From IMG/VR virus record IMGVR_UViG_3300005934_000003: a stretch of DNA of 64,000 bases. One strand, written 5' to 3'. Within the stretch, counting starts at the first letter, position 1, and every line of letters begins with the position of its first letter. The translations under genes were made by a program, and so were the position numbers. The notes below the pieces were generated by a model. The model was not told the origin of the DNA. It made no database searches and saw nothing but the letters and a program-made list of their open reading frames with translations. Source of the stretch: an uncultured virus (IMG/VR IMGVR_UViG_3300005934_000003) (taxonomy: Duplodnaviria; Heunggongvirae; Uroviricota; Caudoviricetes). This document shows, piece by piece, positions 59,001-64,000 of the stretch.

Positions 59001-59402
59001 ATCGTTTACGCCGTCAACGCCGCCTAGTTGGCTACCAGTGATTGTGTAAACAATTTTTGGAATATAATTTTGACCTGCAACAGTAATAGCAACTGTGTAT
59101 CTATCTGCAAGTCTTGTAACTGTAAATTTTAAATCAGATCCGTTATTACTAGCAACACCTTCTGGTAATCTAGTTGCTAATGTAAATTCTGCTGTTTGTT
59201 GATCAGTTGATGTGTATGGTTCTGGATATGTATAATCATATAGATAATCCTTAAAGAATCCGTTTGCATCTGATGTATGTGCTTCAATACAGAAATATAC
59301 TCTACCACCTGATACCACAATGTCATCAAGTTTATATGTGGTACTTGTTGACCAAGTCCCTTTGTAAGAATACGTAAATCGATCTAGTTTAAATTCAGCC
59401 AT
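53019..59402 (-). CDS. Giant tail-fibre/virion protein B (2127 aa)
   Basis: Same MAEFKL start, repeats and core as fibre A (VGDELRST, GAFVSLDPG, NDFTQV, GGKIRATNGN, STDQDGNFRVGELF); carries two cupredoxin-like inserts. Confidence 0.75.
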   Translation of the reverse strand: MAEFKLDRFTYSYKGTWSTSTTYKLDDIVVSGGRVYFCIEAHTSDANGFFKDYLYDYTYPEPYTSTDQQTAEFTLATRLPEGVASNNGSDLKFTVTRLADRYTVAITVAGQNYIPKIVYTITGSQLGGVDGVNDARVTIETVDPQGAVLQLSVTGTVAKTKWDLMSEGYRWRGAWRPSTGGTSIAITNIQNLEPPIVTTTAAHNLSSGQTVVISDVNGTTQYNGNTYYISRRSDNEFSLYADADLTTPVDAVNFDPYISGGNATPPYTAQEYILNDLVHRGGVVYRCVQGHTALTDGSFGFERRAAYWTNHVRGSQWRGDWVAENSYIVGDLVRYNGVLYRCRIHHDSDLADLGLEEKGLGYWDVVHKTDWWANAWQTSTHYRENDVVRYGGVTYRCLVSHMSAADEVYVDDQNPGGLENDLVNWEIIIDGIQYRSEWALGVRYYRGDLVTHGQGVYRCSVTHTSEGSFDTNKFDDYIPGIGFDNAWDSGITYQPGDVVVHGGYSYKAIQFSQGVNPSTDETTWEILGKWYNHRGDWNYPIDYKIGDVIRDSGYLYQATRDHQSLVNNGPDASDQSTVYSVGVRNYNGLQKYYIDNARTPNLAFTKGATYTFEQNDISNNDHPLYLSTVANGILATPAGEPYENGIEVIYMLDGRIIPTLAEYNAGFNSAGTRSVTYHIPDDAPGTLYYACYNHANMAETDGLMATVTVTGNTNWKLLSVGQYLKGRWLQENEDSSARVYKLGDIVEWAGTSYQCIKRHAATTINSRPDIDLSKPLNEFWAYFIKGIQTNVLAELGDIKSYSQGTNERITIGDLGTVLKTLPKATDSTETIHPAWALLGSIPKVYYVSPDGIDALDKGASENNPFKTIKYAMDYILADQGARAPATVFVKTGEYKEILPISIPANVALVGDELRSTRIMPASGYETSNMFYVRNGCGIRNVTLQGLTGGLGAVNAFGTRRPTGGAFVSLDPGTGPDDTSVWITSRSTYVQNVTTIGTGCVGCKIDGNLHDGGNKSIVSNDFTQVISDGIGVWCTNLGLTELVSVFTYYCHIGYLSETGGKIRATNGNNSYGDFGSVAEGYDISETPITAVINNRSGEAEVGTVYTDQDNEIVLFGYTHAGEHYTNAAVQSYSGTGSDLVTEYLEFRDGALKEVRIMDPGDSSTAGGADYTVVQGLAQGGTTTSITLSQTDTEEDSTAGYTGKLIRIIAGSGVGQYGIVDTYDPSTKIATVRKISNGQDGWDHLISGTPIVDPILDTAYYQIQPLVEFSKPPYSASTTNMPEPIDWSDVAYGNNKFVAIAQSEFGTTGTSKYAYSSDGVSWSMGTFPTAPPEIQSSELNWQNIIFAGGRFVAVAQEGISATSTDGLSWSMAEFAEDSTTANKRYVAYGDGYYVIMSDNGLSWWQSTDAQTWTAYDTPMVQTGALTVRGLVWGQGHFIALTNDFDSTVNRIYFKTADGTSWGENFVPLDLSACTQLIFGNNRFVAVDETTDKVFYNVRNGKDTWVEVPGALPSAGNYIIGYGQGIFLAFEKNGSNVAWSEDAITWYSETTPQRNYTSINFGNPNNEGKFLVTSSGNPLSGSGSNTLDIIKKGKGAFAFMEVSNGRAGSFTILDPGSGYTSATPTYQLFETKTVTVGRDGADLGNVFYIDSDETPALALQQGITYTFDLNDPTLLDFPQDSTPGPAHPFLISTTQDGTHGGGVPYHKGVRYLLDGASVTYANYIANFETATDRKLEIEVQFDAPANLYFYCYTHSGMGGTGVLNINESQVLRMTITDPKSTQEPKWDLRLGNGVLPQPSFVNRGTRFRSATATITGDGYADQFQLGANIQVQQLSRLPGPGDNLDIAGIDGVTYKVTKTSNVSGSTGNLSGIISISPPIGIAESPAHQTTIEIRQRYSQVRLTFHDFLDIGTGNFSETDYPERYLAGFVEGADNAPKPFNEVAQADGGRVFYASTDQDGNFRVGELFEVEQARGTVTLNADQFDLQGLTELSLGGVVLGGTGAVINEFSIDPTFAANSDKIVPTQKAIGAYVANRITGGGTSINVNGLVAGVIRIEFQTLTMTTLEEDPTRPIRFLKKMNVQGGVGGTAAALAFFAHGTHIALADDFGGTDETGGQTYGHGFGSADGGVG

Positions 59403-59417
59403 TTTCTCTAATTACCT

Positions 59418-59777
59418 TTAATCATTTCCTCTTACCCTATCGTGTGGCATATTCAATCTTGCAATAAATTCGCCATCATCGTTAATGTAATAATTAATTC
59501 TTCTTGTGTCCCATTTGTATTGATCAAAGTTTAAGTTTTTAAAAATCTTGTTGTGATTTACATCGCGACCTTCAAAAAAATCAACACCAACTTGGAACCC
59601 ATCAAAGTTATCGTCAATTGCACCAGGTGTATTAATTTGCACACTATCAGTTTGACTCATTTGATCTAATTCGTATAAAAATAGTTCTCCAGCATCAGTT
59701 CTACGTAAACCGTAGAAATATCTGGTACCCATACTTTCATTCATATTGTCTGCTGTATTACCAATAAAAGTTGTCAT
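59418..59777 (-). CDS. Hypothetical virion-associated protein
   Basis: Full ORF in the fibre operon with an AGGAG Shine-Dalgarno. Confidence 0.6.
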   Translation of the reverse strand: MTTFIGNTADNMNESMGTRYFYGLRRTDAGELFLYELDQMSQTDSVQINTPGAIDDNFDGFQVGVDFFEGRDVNHNKIFKNLNFDQYKWDTRRINYYINDDGEFIARLNMPHDRVRGND

Positions 59778-59787
59778 ACTCTACTCC

Positions 59788-60117
59788 TTATACCTGTTCC
59801 ACGTAACTTATAATTACGTCTATTGAATCACCGTAACTGCTTTGTACCGATAGCGAATGATATTCATCTAAAATTAATTTTTCACCACCATTCATTGCAC
59901 GTAAAGTTGAATTAGGTGCAATAGGTGTATCCTTAACGTAATATGCAGTAACACTTCCAGCATCGCCTACTAAAACAGAACCTAACACGGTTGCGTCTAA
60001 TGTGTTTGTCATACTAATACCTAACACAATGTTCTTTTTATTTTGTTCCACTGAAAATACTTCGATAGGTTTTTGACCTACGTCTTTAATTACCGATGTT
60101 TTAAATAATGTTGCCAT
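59788..60117 (-). CDS. Small beta-sandwich fibre adaptor
   Basis: IVLGISMTN, IAPNSTL...GGEKLILD, DVIISYVE; paralog of 45859..46176. Confidence 0.6.
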   Translation of the reverse strand: MATLFKTSVIKDVGQKPIEVFSVEQNKKNIVLGISMTNTLDATVLGSVLVGDAGSVTAYYVKDTPIAPNSTLRAMNGGEKLILDEYHSLSVQSSYGDSIDVIISYVEQV

Positions 60118-60120
60118 ATC

Positions 60121-63100
60121 TTATCCAAATAACAGTGCCGAAACGATTGATAATTCTTCCGCCTCAGCCAATGTTGCTCCTCCTCCTGAACCAACAACAG
60201 AACCCCAAGTTGCCCCGGTCCATATTTCTAATCTGCCTTGCGTTGTATTATAACGCATTAAACCTGCGGCAAGATTACTAGTTGGTCTTTCGTTAAGTGT
60301 ACCAGTTGGTACCCTAACCCCGTATGTTCCAGCAAAATCCCAATAACCTTCGTCTGTAACATCAAGAGTAGTAACACCGTTGCTATTAGTATTAGTTATC
60401 GTATTTGTGCCGGGATTGAAGTGTAAATCGCCAATAATTAATTTGCCAGTTCCGTTAGGAGCCAGCGTTAAATCCGTGTTTCCAGCCTCTGTGCTAATGA
60501 TACTTGTATGAATTCTACCAGTATTAAAGCGTGTTGAGTTTAAATCCGCTTTTAGTACGCCGCCGTTGTAAAATCTAAATGTATCATCATTGGTACCAGG
60601 TGTTAATTCTGCTGTAATAAATGTATCTAAGTTTTGGTCAACAACACCACTTACACTACCACCAACAGCATTCCAGAAACCTTGTGAATATAATTCAAAT
60701 ACATTTGAACTTGTATTATATCTAAACATACCGTTAACTGGTGAACCTGGTCTATCAGCAGTTGTACCTGATGGAACTTTAAATGCATTTGTATCTACAA
60801 AGTCAACATATCCTGTACCGTGTGCAAAAATTTCTAGATTGTCGTTATTTTGATATGTTTGTAATGAGTTGTTAACCAAACGTACCAAGTCAACTTCAAA
60901 CTGTGTAGCACTAAATTTGTCTTTGTCTATTGTTGCAACCAAGTTACCTTGTGCATAAAAATTAATTTCATCTTCGTCAGCACCTAAGGCGCTTTCTAAA
61001 ACAATTTTTGTGTCTTTATCTTTGTCAGTGATTTGTGCAATACCACCGGTGATTTCTGCATCACCTGTGATTGTTGTCTTGTTGTCACCAATAGGATCAA
61101 TAATAATTCCGCCGGCGGTTGATGAAAAAGTATTTCCAGAAAGTCTTAAATTTCCTGTTTCAATTTTTGTTGGATTAATTATTGAAGTATTAGAACCATC
61201 TGTAAATTGTAATCCTAATGTAGAAGCAATTTCTGTTAAAGGTGCAGTAAATGTTACATCACCTGTTGCTTGATTTACATAAAAAGAATTACCAACTCTG
61301 TAATCACCTTTTGAGTCAACTGATGTAAAGAATACTTTACCTCCATTTGATTCAATAACTTCGTTTGTTTGAATTACATCATCTAAATTATTTGTTAAGT
61401 CTGCACCAACACCAATGTAACCAAAGTTTTGAGACATAAGTCTAAGACTTACATCTGGACCGTCCGCAACAACACCTCTAATACCGTAAACACACGCACT
61501 ACCGTTTGATCTCATCTCAGCGGCAAATTCTTGTCTGCTGTATCTTACTATACTTGTTGCTGTTGTTCCTGATGTTCCTGCAAGAATACTTCCACCGTCA
61601 CCTGGTGTTAAATCTTGTTCGTTTAAATTATCATATCTACCATCAACATAAATTGTATTACCGTCTGCACTTACACTATCAACCAATAAGTTGTATGTTG
61701 ATGAAGAGTCAGTTGAAGTAACTGTAACAGTTTCACCTGGTTGAAAACCTGTACCACTTACACCTGTAAATGTAAACCAAGTTTTACCGTCTCCACCTCG
61801 ACCATCTGTTCCGGATACCGCTTTAATACCGTCTGAACAGAAATATGTAAAACAGTTTAGCCATTCAACCCTTACGCCGTTGGTCATAAAGATACCAATT
61901 TGATTTGGTGCAAAGATTGTTACTTCATTACAAAGTAATGCGGCTTCAATTGATGATCTCGAAATATATTGACCATCTGCTTTAATACCTCTACCAGCAT
62001 CACCTTGTGCATAACCATAAGGATCAGTTGCAGAAGTAACACTACCTCTGTTTAAAATTGTAATATTATATAGATATGGTGAACGTAAATTAATTGTTCC
62101 TACAACAGGATTGAAACTAAATGCGTAACCTCTATCAAGACCTGAATTGTAAAACATATCTTTAACTGTAAGATCCTGTACAACAACTCCTTCGTTTAGA
62201 TAGAAACAGTTTTGATCGTTCGTTCCTGCTGTTGGTTTAATTGATGTTGCTCTTAATCCTGCACCAACTACTGTTACACCTGCAGGAATTGTCATAGGAA
62301 ATACTTCAGTAAATTCTCCTGCGGCAATTTTAACAATATCTCCAGAAGTTGCAACACTTAAAGCGTGTTTGATTGTTAAGAATGCACTGTCAACACTTGT
62401 ACCTTCTTCTGTGTCATCACCGTTAGTAGTAACGTGATATGTATTACCTTCTTCTGTTAATAATAAATTTTCAATTCTAACTTTACCTGTACCATTAGCA
62501 CGGATAGTTAAATCTTCGTTAGAGTTAATTGTTTGAATTACATTGTCGCCTAATTGTAGTGTACCAATATTAGCATAGTTTGAATCCAATGACTTCCAAC
62601 GTTTTGTTGGTATACCTAATCTGTATTTGTCTGATTCATCAGGATTAATATCACTGATTATCTCACCTTGGATTTGAATGTTGTCTGTGTTTCCATCACC
62701 AAGTGTAATGTTACCACCTGCTGTGATGTTACCTGTGGCATATAAGTTACCGCTAACGTTTGTGTTACCTACTAATTCAATAGTACCTGTGCCGTTTGGA
62801 CGTAGTTCAATAGGCGCATTAGAATCTAATGTTGTAATGTAATTGTCATTTAATTCTAATGAGTCTACGTGTATTTTTGAATGATAAATTACTGGGTCAT
62901 TACCAGCGGGTGTTAACGCAATAGTTCCTAAACTAGAACGTATTTCGTTTCCTTGAAATTCTAAGTTACCAACCTGAAGAGTACCAGCACTTTGATTAAG
63001 TGCTCCTACTTGTAAATTGTCTGCGTAAATTTTGCCTGCTACTTGGAGATCGTGTGTTGGTGAAGTTGTTTTTATACCAACTCTACCGTTGTTAACATCT

Positions 63101-63192
63101 AGATATAATAAGTCAGTTTCAAAAGCCAAATCCACACCATTACGTATGAGATTTGCCTTAAGCAACGGACCCGAAATACGACCGACGGCCAT
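60121..63192 (-). CDS. Tail-fibre/virion protein (1023 aa) sharing the core of fibres A and B
   Basis: NGRVGIKTTSP, repeated L..NGTG.I, AFLTIKHAL..A, GGKVFFTSVDSKGDYRVG, two P.GT...RP...G..RYNT motifs, C-terminal IVSALLFG. Confidence 0.7.
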   Translation of the reverse strand: MAVGRISGPLLKANLIRNGVDLAFETDLLYLDVNNGRVGIKTTSPTHDLQVAGKIYADNLQVGALNQSAGTLQVGNLEFQGNEIRSSLGTIALTPAGNDPVIYHSKIHVDSLELNDNYITTLDSNAPIELRPNGTGTIELVGNTNVSGNLYATGNITAGGNITLGDGNTDNIQIQGEIISDINPDESDKYRLGIPTKRWKSLDSNYANIGTLQLGDNVIQTINSNEDLTIRANGTGKVRIENLLLTEEGNTYHVTTNGDDTEEGTSVDSAFLTIKHALSVATSGDIVKIAAGEFTEVFPMTIPAGVTVVGAGLRATSIKPTAGTNDQNCFYLNEGVVVQDLTVKDMFYNSGLDRGYAFSFNPVVGTINLRSPYLYNITILNRGSVTSATDPYGYAQGDAGRGIKADGQYISRSSIEAALLCNEVTIFAPNQIGIFMTNGVRVEWLNCFTYFCSDGIKAVSGTDGRGGDGKTWFTFTGVSGTGFQPGETVTVTSTDSSSTYNLLVDSVSADGNTIYVDGRYDNLNEQDLTPGDGGSILAGTSGTTATSIVRYSRQEFAAEMRSNGSACVYGIRGVVADGPDVSLRLMSQNFGYIGVGADLTNNLDDVIQTNEVIESNGGKVFFTSVDSKGDYRVGNSFYVNQATGDVTFTAPLTEIASTLGLQFTDGSNTSIINPTKIETGNLRLSGNTFSSTAGGIIIDPIGDNKTTITGDAEITGGIAQITDKDKDTKIVLESALGADEDEINFYAQGNLVATIDKDKFSATQFEVDLVRLVNNSLQTYQNNDNLEIFAHGTGYVDFVDTNAFKVPSGTTADRPGSPVNGMFRYNTSSNVFELYSQGFWNAVGGSVSGVVDQNLDTFITAELTPGTNDDTFRFYNGGVLKADLNSTRFNTGRIHTSIISTEAGNTDLTLAPNGTGKLIIGDLHFNPGTNTITNTNSNGVTTLDVTDEGYWDFAGTYGVRVPTGTLNERPTSNLAAGLMRYNTTQGRLEIWTGATWGSVVGSGGGATLAEAEELSIVSALLFG

Positions 63193-63294
63193 TGTCTATT
63201 CTCCTTTAGCGGGCATCCTGTGCCTCCAACTACCTTACATAGCGAGTTGACCACTGTTTGTCCTTGCAACTGAAAGGTCGTTTTAATTGCAATT
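63193..63294 (-). promoter_or_regulatory. Candidate structured 5' leader (102 nt) downstream of the late promoter at 63300-63305
   Basis: Richer in GC than its surroundings; several possible helices followed by an AAGGAG Shine-Dalgarno. Confidence 0.45.
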
Positions 63295-63334
63295 AATGTT
63301 ATTTATGCCAAAGTGAAAAAAGGTTTAAGATAGA

Positions 63335-63808
63335 CTATCTATCGAAGTTATGAATAACTGTTACGTCTTTACCGAAAGGAACAGCAGAATCAAATCTAAT
63401 TAGTTTACCACTACCGCCCTGTATAAGTGTGTAGTTAACACCTGCAATTTGTACAACGTTTTCAACAAGTACAAGTACATTTTCTGCGGCTTTTGGTGTT
63501 GGGTTTAATGGACCAAAGTCAGTGATATTAGCATCGCCTGTACCAAGGTTTTGTACAATAATGTTACCTGCTCTGTCAGTTCTTAATGTTTCCCAGTTGT
63601 TGTTTGTGTATACTTCTAGGTCGTTAATATCTGTGTTATATCTAATTGTACCATTTAACGGAGTAGAAGGTCTATCATCAGTTGTACCAACAGACACTTG
63701 AATACCACCTCGGCCGCCGCCGAATGATACGTTACCGTTGATATCAACAAAAACTGTTTTATCAACTACAAACTTATTCTTTAAAAATGCCTGTTTAACA
63801 AATCGCAT
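63335..63808 (-). CDS. Small virion structural protein
   Basis: GTTDDRPSTPLNGTIRYNTD motif shared with 60121..63192; VLVLVENVVQ, IRFDSAVP. Confidence 0.6.
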   Translation of the reverse strand: MRFVKQAFLKNKFVVDKTVFVDINGNVSFGGGRGGIQVSVGTTDDRPSTPLNGTIRYNTDINDLEVYTNNNWETLRTDRAGNIIVQNLGTGDANITDFGPLNPTPKAAENVLVLVENVVQIAGVNYTLIQGGSGKLIRFDSAVPFGKDVTVIHNFDR

Positions 63809-63812
63809 AATC

Positions 63813-64000
63813 TTACACCTGGATTGTAGATACCATATAGTTTACTGTCGCTGGTGAAGTAGTTTGTGCTTGAACTCTGTCTCCGTTTTCTAGCACGATT
63901 CTTTCAGAATCCATAATAAATGTTTCACCTGCTGGTATCTTTACCTGGTGCAAAATTTTGTTTTCATCTGAAAAGGCATCACCGTTTTTAACAATGTGTA
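63813..64000 (-). CDS. Partial (C-terminal) small beta-sandwich adaptor
   Basis: Translated by hand: ...HIVKNGDAFSDENKILHQVKIPAGETFIMDSERIVLENGDRVQAQTTSPATVNYMVSTIQV*, similar to 59788..60117. Confidence 0.6.
   Translation of the reverse strand, partial: HIVKNGDAFSDENKILHQVKIPAGETFIMDSERIVLENGDRVQAQTTSPATVNYMVSTIQV

Noticed and set aside
1032..63250. Many 60-175 aa ORFs antisense to or out of frame within long genes (e.g. 5571..5840, 14146..14385, 24154..24513, 26885..27379, 37479..38006, 45875..46300)
   Set aside because: They lie almost entirely inside well-supported genes, show no recognisable motifs or SD, and are typical shadows of biased codon usage
63193..63294. Assignment of the leader to a known riboswitch or ribozyme (c-di-GMP-I, SAM-II/V, hammerhead)
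   Set aside because: I could not match the conserved cores by eye, so it is kept only as an unassigned candidate
1..64000. Stop-codon reassignment, tRNA or rRNA genes
   Set aside because: Genes tile the window in the standard code using TAA, TAG and TGA stops; the few intergenic gaps long enough show no tRNA cloverleaf that I could find

Overview
A 64-kb, AT-rich, densely coding segment of a large T4-like myovirus (probably aquatic and jumbo-class), read in the standard genetic code and mostly on the minus strand. From left to right it holds: (1) a glycan-biosynthesis cluster (capsule-type, GT8-like and GT25-like glycosyltransferases, a pyruvyltransferase, methyltransferases, a nucleotidyltransferase-cupin fusion); (2) uvsY, uvsX and gp32 (SSB) behind a sigma70 promoter; (3) head and packaging genes (large terminase, putative small terminase, gp4-like nuclease); (4) tail tube, sheath, dNMP kinase and neck genes gp13/14/15; (5) a plus-strand NUDIX-hldE-oxygenase-hldD-cupin block for ADP-heptose synthesis; (6) about 33 kb of fibre and virion genes with an embedded GT9-like transferase and carbamoyltransferase. 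The most notable observations are: phycobiliprotein-like helical domains with the KCxRDxxY-x11-GG bilin-site motif inside two giant fibre proteins; type-1-copper cupredoxin-like domains in the paralogous fibre; a cassette of three Cys/Gly-rich adhesin-like proteins next to a GT9-like heptosyltransferase and a carbamoyltransferase, which together with HldE/HldD suggests a virion glycosylation system; a TAAATA-N5-ATG late promoter architecture implying leaderless late mRNAs; and a structured 102-nt late leader. All family calls come from reading motifs by eye; no database searches were run.
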